Assembly (NCBI GenBank): GCA_903889895.1
Contig: CAISYZ010000070.1
Location: forward strand, 34,368 to 98,367
Reading direction: 5' to 3'
Length of the DNA stretch: 64,000 nt
Origin: an uncultured Verrucomicrobia subdivision 3 bacterium
GTDB taxonomy: Bacteria > Verrucomicrobiota > Verrucomicrobiia > Limisphaerales > UBA11358
Under the pieces are notes generated by a model, which was not told the DNA's origin, did no database searches, and saw nothing but the letters and a program-made list of their open reading frames with translations. The translations under genes and the position numbers were made by a program. This document shows positions 1-9,688 of this stretch, piece by piece (position 1 is the stretch's first letter; every line of letters starts with the position of its first letter).

Positions 1-3
1 TCG

Positions 4-49
4 AAACAAAAACGCCGCGTTGAAAATCTCAACGCGGCGTTTGCTTTTC
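4..49. terminator. Rho-independent terminator hairpin, usable in both directions
   Basis: Perfect 12-bp stem acgccgcgttga (12-23) / tcaacgcggcgt (29-40) with a 5-nt loop. The stem is flanked by TTGCTTTT on the + strand and TTTTGTTT on the - strand. It lies just 3' of the minus-strand gene that ends at 61. Confidence 0.8.
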
Positions 50-60
50 CAGATTGAAAA

Positions 61-651
61 TTATTTCGCGCCCTGGTCAATCCACGCGCGGACAAGGCCA
101 ACCTGTTCCGCCGTCAGCGGTTTGGGCGGCGTGAAATTGCGCCGCAGCTGGCCTAAAGCATTCGTGCCCTGCAGGCCGCCGGGCGGATGATCGCCGGGGC
201 CGTGATCATCGCCACCCAAGCCACCCAGACCGCCGTCATGTGGCTGCATATCACCGCCGGGAGGACGCCCAAAATCACCACCACCGGAACTGCCGGGACC
301 GCCAGGGCCGCGGCGACCATGACCTTTGGGCGGCATCGCGGTTTCCGGGTCAAGCTGTGAAATCGCTTTTACCAACAAGCTGTTTGCGCTATCGCCCGCG
401 GTCACAATCGAGCCTTGCTTGGTGCCTTTCATCACGCCTTCGAGCGTGGTGAGGTTGAGCTGTGCTTTCGCCCGTTTCTCGTTGTGACATTGAACACAGG
501 ACGCCTTGAACAACGGCTGGATGTCCTTCGCAAAGGTTACGCCTTCCGTCTGGCTGGCCGCTGGCAGCTTGCTCCAGTCCACCGGAGCGGCCATGGTGGA
601 AAAGCCGAGGGCGATGCTGCCGACCGCGATAAGTGTATTCAGATATTTCAT
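61..651 (-). CDS. Secreted c-type haem protein, Planctomycete cytochrome C (PSCyt1)-like, with an internal Gly/Pro-rich insert
   Basis: N-terminal signal peptide MKYLNTLIAVGSIALGFSTMAAP. CxxCH haem motif CVQCH at nt 484-498. C-terminal LTAEQVGLVRAWIDQGA resembles the end of a PSCyt1 domain. A G/P/D-rich tract lies at about nt 166-333. Confidence 0.7.
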   Translation of the reverse strand: MKYLNTLIAVGSIALGFSTMAAPVDWSKLPAASQTEGVTFAKDIQPLFKASCVQCHNEKRAKAQLNLTTLEGVMKGTKQGSIVTAGDSANSLLVKAISQLDPETAMPPKGHGRRGPGGPGSSGGGDFGRPPGGDMQPHDGGLGGLGGDDHGPGDHPPGGLQGTNALGQLRRNFTPPKPLTAEQVGLVRAWIDQGAK

Positions 652-721
652 GCGCTAATAATGTTGTTTAGATAATTCGTCTTGTAGGATGTCGGATTAG
701 CCGGCGAGCGTCACCAAAAAA

Positions 722-2005
722 TCACCGTTTCAACACTGGTAATGGCACAGTCCGCATGTCGCTAATAGCGTGGTCGGCGGGCAAATTTTCGCCGGACCAA
801 AGTTTCTGCAAAGTCCACTTCGCGGCCGGCGCGCTCCAGAATTCATCCGGCGGCGGCAAGCCAAGCGGCAACAGTCCGGCGGCGCACAGATACAGACTGC
901 CGGTGGAAATATAGCTCTCCCCCAGCGCCGGCTGATGGCCACAGAAACCGATTTGCAGCCAGCCGTTCGCGTCAAAAGTTCCCGGCGCTTCAATCATTTT
1001 GCGGATGACCGCCGTCAATGCGCAGCGCACCTGCGCGGGCTGGATATGCTCCGGCAATTCATGCTGCAACGCGATTGCTGTCAGCGTCTGAAACGCACCG
1101 AAACGATAGGTCGTCGAGCGGCCGATGGACGGGAAGGTTCCGTCCGGCGCAATGAGTCGTTCCTGAACTTCGGCATATCGCTTTGCCCGCGCCAAAACGA
1201 TTTTTCGCGCCGGCGCAAAAGCCGAATCACGTTTCTGCAAAACCGCCAGCACATCCAGCAGCATCGGCTGGATCACAAAGCTGTTGTAATAATCGAAGTG
1301 AAAAAATTCACCATCGCCATACGCACCGTCGCCGCAATACCAGCCGAGCATCTTGCGCATGCAATTCTCTAGGCGCTCCTCTAGCGTCGGTTCGCCAAAT
1401 TCCAGCAGGGCGGACTCGATGGTCGCGGCGAACATGACCCAGTTGTTGTTCGCCGGCGTTGGAATTTTGCGGGATGACTTGAATGCTTCGACTATCTGTT
1501 TTTTGACACGCGTTTCCAAGGATTCCCACAAAACTTTTGGCGCGCGCAAAATTCCCTGCGCGAGAAATGCTGTGTCCACCAGCGGCTGGCCGCCAGTGGT
1601 GAAATTCATGAAATCCGCCGATTGCGGATCGGTCGCCGCGTCCAGTGAAGTCTGTGCCAGCTTGATAAACTCCTGCTGCAATTTCAGTTCATCGCCCGAA
1701 AGAGTTTCCGCAGCCAGCCACGGAGCGATGCCGCACAGCAACCGACCAAAAGCTTCTAGGTGCGTGAAGGATGCCCGTTTGGAACCGGGCTTTTGTTCGA
1801 CCGGCATTCTCAATTTCAATTCCCGCCTCGCCAGATTTTCCAGAACCGGCCGCGAAATTTTCTCCGCCACGGAAACCCAATAAAGCCGGTCATTGCCGGT
1901 ATTTGGTGTTTCGATTTTATTTTCCGCCGCGCGCAATGGCAGTCCGGTAGCACCGAGCGCGGTCAGCACGGCGGCGGACTTGAAAAATTCGCGGCGGGTT
2001 TTCAT
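722..2005 (-). CDS. Tat-exported protein, DUF2264-like (probable glycan-processing enzyme)
   Basis: The internal start MKTRREFFKSAAVLTALGATGLPLRA is a twin-arginine signal. It lies 4 nt after the dnaE stop, with cat at 2003-2005. DRLYWVSVAEKISRPVLENL and HLEAFGRLLCGIAPWL resemble DUF2264 as I recall it. The 57 codons of the 484-aa track ORF upstream of this start overlap the 3' end of dnaE and are not protein-like. Confidence 0.55.
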   Translation of the reverse strand: MKTRREFFKSAAVLTALGATGLPLRAAENKIETPNTGNDRLYWVSVAEKISRPVLENLARRELKLRMPVEQKPGSKRASFTHLEAFGRLLCGIAPWLAAETLSGDELKLQQEFIKLAQTSLDAATDPQSADFMNFTTGGQPLVDTAFLAQGILRAPKVLWESLETRVKKQIVEAFKSSRKIPTPANNNWVMFAATIESALLEFGEPTLEERLENCMRKMLGWYCGDGAYGDGEFFHFDYYNSFVIQPMLLDVLAVLQKRDSAFAPARKIVLARAKRYAEVQERLIAPDGTFPSIGRSTTYRFGAFQTLTAIALQHELPEHIQPAQVRCALTAVIRKMIEAPGTFDANGWLQIGFCGHQPALGESYISTGSLYLCAAGLLPLGLPPPDEFWSAPAAKWTLQKLWSGENLPADHAISDMRTVPLPVLKR

Positions 2006-2009
2006 CGCC

Positions 2010-5000
2010 TCATTCGTCGCTGTTATTGCCGCTACCTTTCTTGTCCCACGCGCGCCGGGCTTTTTCCGGCAGTGATTTATCCACGACGGCATAAAATGTT
2101 TTCTCGCCGAACAGCCGGTTCGCGGCGTGCTCCAGTTCGACCGATGGCATGACAGCGAAGCGCGCGTTGGTCTCAACGAAAATCGTTCCGCCTTCCGGCC
2201 GCAAAAAGCACAGGAACAACGGGCATTTACCCGGATGCGCGGCGACGAGTTCCGCGACCTTGTTCATGTCGTCCGGCTGTAAATGCGCCATCGGCAGGCG
2301 CAGATGAACCTGCCTGGTATATTTCTTCGGCGCGTCGGCCAGCGGCATGATTTCCTGTGGGAAAATCTTTGGCTTGTCCTCGCCGGTGCTGACTTCGCCA
2401 ATGACCAGCAGCGCCTTGTTCGGCTCCATCAGCGGACGAAATTTGTCGTAATCGTTCATCACCAGCAACTGCACCGACCCGTCCAAATCTTCCAGCGTCA
2501 CCATCGAATACGGCTTGCCGGATTTTTTGGACGTGCCGTGCGAAACTGCCGCAATCATGCCCCCAATTCGCGTCATGCTGCGGTTTGCCACGCCGGCGAG
2601 CTGCGAGGTGTTGTGCAGGCAAAACCGTTGCAGCAGCGGCGCGAGCGGCGTCAGCGGATGGCCGGTGACGTAGAAGCCGAGCAACTCTTTTTCGTGCGCG
2701 AGCAGTTCGTGCTGCGGCCATTCTGGTAAATTGGCAATGCTCTCCGGCACCGCGCTCGACGACTTTTCCTCCAGCGCGCCGAACAGCGAGCTCTGCCCTT
2801 TTTGCCGGTCGGACAATATGCTCGCCGCGCGCGCCAGCGTCCGTTCAATCTGTGCGATTAGGGTTGCGCGTGTCTGGCCGAAACAATCGCACGCGCCTGT
2901 TTTGATGAGCGCTTCCAGCGTCTTGCGCCCGAGCGAACGGCCGTCCACGCGTTCGCACAATTCGGCAAGTGTCTTAAATTTCCCGCTTTCACCGCGCGCT
3001 TTCAGAATCGTTTCCACCGCGCCTTCGCCCACGCCTTTGATCGCGGCCATGCCGAAGCGGATGGCCTTGCCGTCCTGCGCCGGCGCGAAATGCACGCCGC
3101 TTTCATTCACGTCCGGTCCGAGCACCTCGATGCCAAACTCGCGCGCCTCGGCAATGTATTCGGAAAGTTTTTCCGTGTTCGCCATGTCGTTCGTCATCAT
3201 GGCGCAGAAAAATTCCACCGGATAATTCGCCTTCAGATACGCGGTCTGATACGCCACGACGGCATACGCGGCGGCGTGCGATTTGTTGAAACCGTAGCCG
3301 GCGAATTTTTCCAGCAAGTCAAAAATCTGATTCGCCTTGGTTTTAGGAATCTGGTTTTTCTCGTGGCAGCCTTTGACGAAGGTCTCGCGCTGCTTCTGCA
3401 TTTCCTCGACCTTCTTCTTGCCCATCGCGCGGCGAAGCAAATCTGCGCTACCGAGCGAGTAACCGGCGAGCAACTGCGTCGCCTGCATCACCTGCTCCTG
3501 ATAAATCAGGATGCCGTAGGTCTCCTTGGAAATGGATTCGAGCAGCGGATGCTCGTATTCGACCTTGATTTCGCCGTGCCGCCGCTTGATGAAATCGGGA
3601 ATCAAATCCATCGGGCCGGGGCGATACAGCGCGACAAGCGCGGTGATGTGCTCCACCGAAGTGATCTGAAATTTTTTGCAAAGATCGCGCATGCCGCCAG
3701 ATTCCAACTGAAAAACGCCTAGTGTTTCCGCGCGGTTCAGCAGGTCGTAGGTTTTTTTGTCGTCCAGCGGCAACTGATCAACGTTGATTTCGATGCCGTG
3801 TGTGCGCTTGACCATCTCGCAGGTGTTGCGGATGACGGTCAGCGTTTTGAGGCCGAGAAAATCCATCTTCAACAAGCCGAGGTCGCCGACCGGGCCCATC
3901 GCGTATTGCGTGACGAGCGTGCCGCTTTCGTCGAGTTTCAGCGGCAGCAAATTCACCAGCGGTTCCGGCCCGATGACGACGCCCGCGGCGTGAACGCTGG
4001 CGTTGCGCGTCAGATCTTCCAGCACGAACGCCGTGTCAATCAGCTCGCGCGTCACCTCTTCGTTGTCATATGCCTCTTTGAGTTCAGGCACTTGCTTGAG
4101 CGCCTTCGCCAAATCCATTTTTAGTTCCGCCGGAATCAATTTCGCCAGCCGGTCGCAATCGCCGTAGCTCAAGCCCATCACGCGGCCTACGTCACGCACG
4201 ACGGATTTTGCGCCCATCGTGCCGAACGTGATGATCTGCGCCACGGCATCGCGGCCATATTTCTCGCGGACATAGGCGATGACATCCGCGCGCCGGTCGT
4301 CGGCGAAATCAATGTCGATATCCGGCGGATTGACGCGCTCAGGATTCAGAAAGCGCTCGAACAGCAGGCCGTAGCGGATCGGGTCCACGTTCGCGATTTC
4401 GAGCAGATAGGTGACAATCGAGCCGGCGGCACTTCCGCGCGCGACGCAGGCAATGCCTTTTTCGCGACCATGACGGATGAAATCCGCGACGATGAGAAAA
4501 TAGGAAATGAAACCAGTTTTTTCGATGACGCCGAGTTCGAGCTGCAACCGGTCAATGACCGTCTTGATGGCTTGCTCTTGATTGGGATTGCTTGGGTCAA
4601 ATGTCGGCAACCGCTTGGGATCGTCAACGCCCGTAATAATAAATTCACTGCCCTCCGCCTTGGCGTGCAGCGTGTAGCGGCGGAATAAACCTTCCGCGAG
4701 TTGCTGGCGCAAATAGCCTTCGCGCGTGAAATGTTCCGGCGGATGGAACACCGGATATTTGTTTCCGCCGAACTTGATTTCCAAATTACATTTCTCGGCG
4801 ACCTCCAAGGTATTTTTTACAGCGTCCGGCACCTCGGCGAAACGCGCCTTCATTTCTTCGGCGCTGCGGAGATAAAACTGCTCCGGCACATAGCCCGCGC
4901 CCATGCGCTTGGGATTGCTCAACAAATCCTGCGTGCCGATGCAGACGAGGCAATCGTGCGCGTGCGAATGGCCTTTCTCGATGTAATGCACATCGTTCGT

Positions 5001-5621
5001 TGCGACGAGCTTCAGGCCGAACTCCTGTGCAAATTTTATCAACTGCGTGTTGACCTTGGCCTGTTCGGGGATGCCGTGGTTTTGCAGTTCGAGAAAAAAA
5101 TTCTCCGCGCCGAGCGTTTGCTTGAACCAGTCCACCGCGTCGCGCGCCTTCGTGATTTGATCCTTCACAATCAAATCGGGAATCTCGCTCGCGAGACAGC
5201 CGGACAAACCGATCAAGCCCGCGCTGTATTTGGCGAGAATTTCCTTGTCAATGCGCGGCTTGTAATAATAGCCGTCGAGATGCGCCTCGGTCGTGAGCTT
5301 GACGAGATTTTTGTAGCCGGCCTCGTCCCGCGCCAGCAGGCCAAGATGATGATAAAGGTCGCGCGAGCCGGTGCCGGGTTTCTTTTCCAGCCGCGAGCCG
5401 GGCGCGACATAAACCTCGCAGCCGATGATGGGCTTGATGCCTTTCGCGCGGGCGGCCTGGTAAAACTCGATGACGCCATGCATCGCGCCGTGGTCGGTGA
5501 TGGCGAGCGCGGGAAATTTCAGTTCGTGCGCCTTGTCGATGAGTTTGTCCAAGCGGCAAGCGCCATCGAGCAACGAATACTCGGTGTGCAGATGCAAATG
5601 GACAAAATCAGCGTGCGACAT
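2010..5621 (-). CDS. dnaE: DNA polymerase III alpha subunit
   Basis: PHP-domain start MSHADFVHLHLHTEYSLLDGA. Full-length protein of about 1200 aa with the polymerase core and an OB-fold tail. Start chosen at M13 of the track ORF (cat at 5619-5621). Confidence 0.95.
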   Translation of the reverse strand: MSHADFVHLHLHTEYSLLDGACRLDKLIDKAHELKFPALAITDHGAMHGVIEFYQAARAKGIKPIIGCEVYVAPGSRLEKKPGTGSRDLYHHLGLLARDEAGYKNLVKLTTEAHLDGYYYKPRIDKEILAKYSAGLIGLSGCLASEIPDLIVKDQITKARDAVDWFKQTLGAENFFLELQNHGIPEQAKVNTQLIKFAQEFGLKLVATNDVHYIEKGHSHAHDCLVCIGTQDLLSNPKRMGAGYVPEQFYLRSAEEMKARFAEVPDAVKNTLEVAEKCNLEIKFGGNKYPVFHPPEHFTREGYLRQQLAEGLFRRYTLHAKAEGSEFIITGVDDPKRLPTFDPSNPNQEQAIKTVIDRLQLELGVIEKTGFISYFLIVADFIRHGREKGIACVARGSAAGSIVTYLLEIANVDPIRYGLLFERFLNPERVNPPDIDIDFADDRRADVIAYVREKYGRDAVAQIITFGTMGAKSVVRDVGRVMGLSYGDCDRLAKLIPAELKMDLAKALKQVPELKEAYDNEEVTRELIDTAFVLEDLTRNASVHAAGVVIGPEPLVNLLPLKLDESGTLVTQYAMGPVGDLGLLKMDFLGLKTLTVIRNTCEMVKRTHGIEINVDQLPLDDKKTYDLLNRAETLGVFQLESGGMRDLCKKFQITSVEHITALVALYRPGPMDLIPDFIKRRHGEIKVEYEHPLLESISKETYGILIYQEQVMQATQLLAGYSLGSADLLRRAMGKKKVEEMQKQRETFVKGCHEKNQIPKTKANQIFDLLEKFAGYGFNKSHAAAYAVVAYQTAYLKANYPVEFFCAMMTNDMANTEKLSEYIAEAREFGIEVLGPDVNESGVHFAPAQDGKAIRFGMAAIKGVGEGAVETILKARGESGKFKTLAELCERVDGRSLGRKTLEALIKTGACDCFGQTRATLIAQIERTLARAASILSDRQKGQSSLFGALEEKSSSAVPESIANLPEWPQHELLAHEKELLGFYVTGHPLTPLAPLLQRFCLHNTSQLAGVANRSMTRIGGMIAAVSHGTSKKSGKPYSMVTLEDLDGSVQLLVMNDYDKFRPLMEPNKALLVIGEVSTGEDKPKIFPQEIMPLADAPKKYTRQVHLRLPMAHLQPDDMNKVAELVAAHPGKCPLFLCFLRPEGGTIFVETNARFAVMPSVELEHAANRLFGEKTFYAVVDKSLPEKARRAWDKKGSGNNSDE

Positions 5622-5729
5622 GGCGAATAATTTAGCTCTCTGGCGCGGCGACACCAAGCCACAAAGTTTAGCCAGCTGGTGGACTTAATCTCAGAAATTT
5701 CCGGCCAGGCGAGAGTCTGGTCGTTCAAT

Positions 5730-6911
5730 TCAAGGCAGCGTGTCTTGCGCCGATAGTTCTTTCGGGTCCGTTATGTTGAAAAAGCGCTCCAGGATTTCCG
5801 TGACAACCACATCCGGCTTGCGCTGCTCAACTTCCCGGCCATCCAGCGGGTATTGCCAGAAGAAATCGGATTCCGCGAACTCGTAGCCAAAGAACGGAAT
5901 CCAACCACGACCAAAGGAATCCGTGTAAACCATCGCCCGCCCGTGCGCCTGGGGATTTCTGGCCGTGGCCATGTCCTTCACATGCGGGCCGAGGGGCGGA
6001 ATGGATTTTTCCACGGGCGGCAGGCCGGGCTTGGGCAGCATGTGCACGCCGTTGCTTTCCGCCATGCTGAGCCGGATGCCGCGCAGGTTCACCAGGTCGC
6101 CGCCGGGCATCAGCAGGTTGGTGCGGATAAATGAATCCGCCGACAACAGCGGCAAAGCTGGCAATTGCTCTTCGCGCATCACGCGGAGCACTTCCTGGCA
6201 CGCGAGAAAGGCGCCGAACTGGTTCCAGTGAGTATCGGTCTTCTGGTAGGTCGGCGCGATTTTTTTCCCCGCAATCAGCGGCGGCCGCAAATCCACCACC
6301 GTCACCGTGGAATGCGCCTTCATGTAGGCCACGAACTGATCCACTTTGGTCCGGCCGCCGAGGTCTTTCAGCCAGGCCGGCAAATATTCGGGATAGACGC
6401 TCTGCTTGTCCGGCGCGAGCACGAAGACGTATTTGACGCCGCGGGCCGCCAACCAGTCGCGCCGCCGCTCGAGCAATTTCTGCCAGCCTTGCATATCCGC
6501 GTCGGTGAACTGCAGCGCACCGCGAAAATGCTCAATCATCCAAGCCTCGGTGATGTAAAACCAGCCGGCGGTGCCCAGCAGCACGTTGCGCGAAGTCCGG
6601 TCCTCAAACAAATTCCACATCATTTTGTTGTGCCACATCACGAGGCAGCGGCGGAAACCGAAGTGGTCGTTGAAATACGCCTCCCAGCCGGCCATGAACT
6701 TTTGCAGCCCGGCGAGGCTGGCCGGCGCGGGCGGGCATTCCGCCAATACGCGGTTCTCACTCGGTGGCCGCGTCGGATCAAAGTGAAAGGCCTGATCCAA
6801 CAGCGGCACCAGCAGCACGGCGGTGAATAGCCCGATCAAAACCCAGTCCAGCCAGCGTTGGCGGAGGCGGGTTGGAGCTGGATTCAATTTGGTGTCGCGC
6901 GAGGCGCTCAT
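5730..6911 (-). CDS. AlgJ/AlgX-like (DHHW/SGNH-like) polysaccharide O-acetyltransferase component, paralog 2
   Basis: N-terminal membrane anchor. DTHW motif at nt 6225-6236. Alignable along its full length with the neighbouring gene 6973-8157 through YFNDHFGFR, LLERRRDWLAARG, DTHWNQ and ILERFFN. Confidence 0.7.
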   Translation of the reverse strand: MSASRDTKLNPAPTRLRQRWLDWVLIGLFTAVLLVPLLDQAFHFDPTRPPSENRVLAECPPAPASLAGLQKFMAGWEAYFNDHFGFRRCLVMWHNKMMWNLFEDRTSRNVLLGTAGWFYITEAWMIEHFRGALQFTDADMQGWQKLLERRRDWLAARGVKYVFVLAPDKQSVYPEYLPAWLKDLGGRTKVDQFVAYMKAHSTVTVVDLRPPLIAGKKIAPTYQKTDTHWNQFGAFLACQEVLRVMREEQLPALPLLSADSFIRTNLLMPGGDLVNLRGIRLSMAESNGVHMLPKPGLPPVEKSIPPLGPHVKDMATARNPQAHGRAMVYTDSFGRGWIPFFGYEFAESDFFWQYPLDGREVEQRKPDVVVTEILERFFNITDPKELSAQDTLP

Positions 6912-6972
6912 TGTTTAATTAATTGCTCAAGCATAAACCGGGGGCCGAACAAACGCAGCAAATTCCGTCCGC

Positions 6973-8157
6973 TCACGGCAAACCGTCGTGCGCCAGCAAC
7001 AGCTGCGGGTCGGCAGTGTTGAAATAGCGTTCCAAAATTTCGTTGATTACCACGCTGGGATGGTTTTCCAGAATGAACTGACTGCGAAAATCACGGCTTT
7101 CCGCCAGATACCAGACCCGCTTAAAACAGCAGCCCAGCACCGGCCGCCAGAACATGCCAAACGAGTCGTGAAACACCATCGCCGTCTCTGTCAGCGGAGC
7201 GACATTGTCCGAGATGGCGCAGGACTTGTGCGGATCCCAGCCGGCGGGGAGATTCGTCGTCGTCTGGACCACCGGCATCGTGACCGACGGCTGCGCAAGG
7301 AGCTTGAAACTATTTTTCTCCGTCAAATCCGCCCCGATCATCCGGGACAAATCGCCGCCGGTGGCAGGAACATTGGTCCAGCGAAAATCCTCCGACCGCA
7401 GCGGCGGCAAATCCGGGAACTGCCGGGTGAGCGCCTTCACCAGTTCCTGGCAGCCGAGGAACCCGCCAATCTGATTCCAGTGGGTGTCGTTTTGAAAATA
7501 CATCGGCGCGGTTGGTTTGGCGGCGAGCAGCGGCGCGCGCAAATCCAGGATCTCCACCGTGGAATGCGCCCGCATGAATTTTAGGAACTGGTCGAGCTTG
7601 GTCTCGCGCCCGGCGGGCACGGCATTGCGCAGCCACGCGGGCAGTTCTTCGGGATAGATGTCCTGCTTGTCCGGCGGCACAACGAAAAGATATTTGATGC
7701 CGCGCGCCGCCAGCCAGTCGCGCCGGCGTTCCAGCAGCTTCTGCCACGCGGACAATTCCTCCGGCGTAAACTTTCTCAGGCCGATAAAATGTTCCACCAT
7801 CTGCTCCTCGCCGATGAACAGCCAGTGGTTCGGCCCGATCACCACCGAGTAAACGCTGTGGTCATGAAAAAGTCCGAGTCGCCAGTTCTGAAACCAGCGG
7901 ACCAACTGGTTGCGGAAACCAAAATGGTCGTTGAAGTAGGCCTCACCAGCGACGAGATATTTCTGAATCCGGCCCGCGCGCAAATCCGCCGGGTCCGGCG
8001 CGGGCGCCGGCAGCCGGTTTTCGCTGGTGAGCCGGGAATGGTCTAGGTGGAAAAATTTGTCCGCCGCCGGCGCCGCGAGCAGGAGCAGAAAACCCGCGAT
8101 TATAAAATAATCAGCCCACGCGCGGTGCGGACGGGGATTGACGGGTGCGGTCGTCAT
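6973..8157 (-). CDS. AlgJ/AlgX-like polysaccharide O-acetyltransferase component, paralog 1
   Basis: N-terminal anchor. DTHW motif at nt 7477-7488. Shares blocks with 5730-6911. Lies directly downstream of the MBOAT gene. Confidence 0.7.
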   Translation of the reverse strand: MTTAPVNPRPHRAWADYFIIAGFLLLLAAPAADKFFHLDHSRLTSENRLPAPAPDPADLRAGRIQKYLVAGEAYFNDHFGFRNQLVRWFQNWRLGLFHDHSVYSVVIGPNHWLFIGEEQMVEHFIGLRKFTPEELSAWQKLLERRRDWLAARGIKYLFVVPPDKQDIYPEELPAWLRNAVPAGRETKLDQFLKFMRAHSTVEILDLRAPLLAAKPTAPMYFQNDTHWNQIGGFLGCQELVKALTRQFPDLPPLRSEDFRWTNVPATGGDLSRMIGADLTEKNSFKLLAQPSVTMPVVQTTTNLPAGWDPHKSCAISDNVAPLTETAMVFHDSFGMFWRPVLGCCFKRVWYLAESRDFRSQFILENHPSVVINEILERYFNTADPQLLLAHDGLP

Positions 8158-8163
8158 GCCGAG

Positions 8164-9615
8164 CTAAAACCGGAAGTAGATGAACGGATTGTAGGTGCCG
8201 CCAGCCAACCACGCCGCCGAAATCACCAGCAACACCATCACTAGTGCAATTTCGAGGATCTGGCCGGTGCCAAAATAAATCGCCCGGCTGCGTTCCGGAA
8301 TTTTACCGCCGATTTTGCCGCCGGCACTTTTAATCGCCTGCCACAGCGGCATGGCGAACAACGCGCCTACGGCCAAAGCGAAAATCGCCTCGTTGCCAAT
8401 ATAGCGTTGCAGCGGTTGCGCGTGCAGCGGATGGGCAAGGCCGAACAGCGCGCTAAAATAATTGGTCGCCTCTGGGAAGGTGTTCGCGCGGAACAGCACC
8501 CAGCCCATCATCACCGCGAAAACCGCGTAGCCATGCCGCAGCGGGCGCGGCCATTTGTCCAGCACCGCGCCGAGGCGGGTGCGCTCGAGCACCAGGAAAA
8601 AGCCGTGATAGAAACCCCACGCCACAAACGTCCAGCTCGCGCCGTGCCACAGGCCGCACAGAAAAAAAACGGCGACGAGATTCAGCCGGTTGCGGTTTTC
8701 GGTAACGCGGTTGCCGCCGAGCGGAATGTAAACATAGTCGCGGAACCACGTTGAAAGCGAGATGTGCCAGCGCCGCCAGAAATCGCGGATGGATTGCGCG
8801 GTGTAGGGAAAATTGAAGTTTTCGATGAACTCAAAGCCAAACATTTTGCCGAGGCCGACCGCCATGTCCGAGTAACCGGAGAAATCAAAATAGATTTGGA
8901 TGGTGTAGCAGAGAATACCGAACCACGCGGTGCCAATGGAAAGTTCATCCGCCGACAGCGCAAAAATCTGGTCCGCCGGCAGCGCCACCGCGTTGGCGAT
9001 GATCATTTTTTTGGCCAGCCCGCCGACGAAACGGCGCACGCCTTCCGCAAAAACCTCGCTGCGGAAAACGCGGTTTTCCAACTGCGGCGCGATGGCGTTC
9101 CAACGCAAAATCGGGCCGGCGACAAGCTGCGGAAAAAAGAAAATGTATAGCGCCGTGTCGCGCGGATCGCGCGCCGCACCGCGCTTGCGGCGGTAAATGT
9201 CGATGACGTAGGACAGCGCGTGGAACGTGAAAAACGAGATGCCAATCGGCAGCGCAATGTGTGGCACCGGCAGCGTGGTGAGACCGAGGAGCTTGAGCGG
9301 CGCATTCAACGAAGCCACCACCAGCCCGGCGTATTTAAAGAACGCAAGGAAGCCGACGTTGACAATCACAGCCACGGCCACGGCCTGTTTGCGCCGGACG
9401 ACATCCTCGGTGCGTTCGACCCATTTGCCCAGCTCGAAGTTGATGAGCGTGGAAATCAGCAGGAGCAGGATGAAACCAACCTCGCCCCACGCATAGAACA
9501 GCAGGCTGACGGCCAGCAGCCAGCCGTTGCGGGCGCGCAGGCCCGGCAGCAAAAAATAAACTGCCAAGACGATTGGCAGAAACAGGAACAAAAACAGGGG
9601 CGAGCTAAAAACCAT
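8164..9615 (-). CDS. MBOAT family O-acyltransferase (AlgI/DltB-like)
   Basis: Polytopic protein of 483 aa. Starts MVFSSPLFLFLFLPIVLAVYF. Carries the MBOAT His block FWRRWHISLSTWFRDYVYIPLGGNR. Confidence 0.85.
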   Translation of the reverse strand: MVFSSPLFLFLFLPIVLAVYFLLPGLRARNGWLLAVSLLFYAWGEVGFILLLLISTLINFELGKWVERTEDVVRRKQAVAVAVIVNVGFLAFFKYAGLVVASLNAPLKLLGLTTLPVPHIALPIGISFFTFHALSYVIDIYRRKRGAARDPRDTALYIFFFPQLVAGPILRWNAIAPQLENRVFRSEVFAEGVRRFVGGLAKKMIIANAVALPADQIFALSADELSIGTAWFGILCYTIQIYFDFSGYSDMAVGLGKMFGFEFIENFNFPYTAQSIRDFWRRWHISLSTWFRDYVYIPLGGNRVTENRNRLNLVAVFFLCGLWHGASWTFVAWGFYHGFFLVLERTRLGAVLDKWPRPLRHGYAVFAVMMGWVLFRANTFPEATNYFSALFGLAHPLHAQPLQRYIGNEAIFALAVGALFAMPLWQAIKSAGGKIGGKIPERSRAIYFGTGQILEIALVMVLLVISAAWLAGGTYNPFIYFRF

Positions 9616-9688
9616 GCTGATTTCTTATCTTAATAAGGCAGATTAAAAATTCCCATCCGGCCGTGCAATGCCAAATTTCCGGACGCAT

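Noticed and set aside
722-2176. N-terminal extensions given by the longest-ORF coordinates. This applies here and to 2010-5657, 9689-11686, 14074-15249, 15203-15850, 17007-17987, 23630-24886, 28508-29425, 30013-31626, 34333-35031, 38521-41082, 41073-42143, 46615-49143, 49133-49945, 53281-54030, 54885-56204, 56211-58979 and 58892-60493.
   Set aside because: In each case an internal Met yields a canonical family N-terminus or signal peptide. It often also creates an ATGA or near-zero junction with the upstream gene. The extra upstream codons overlap neighbouring genes or are compositionally non-protein-like.
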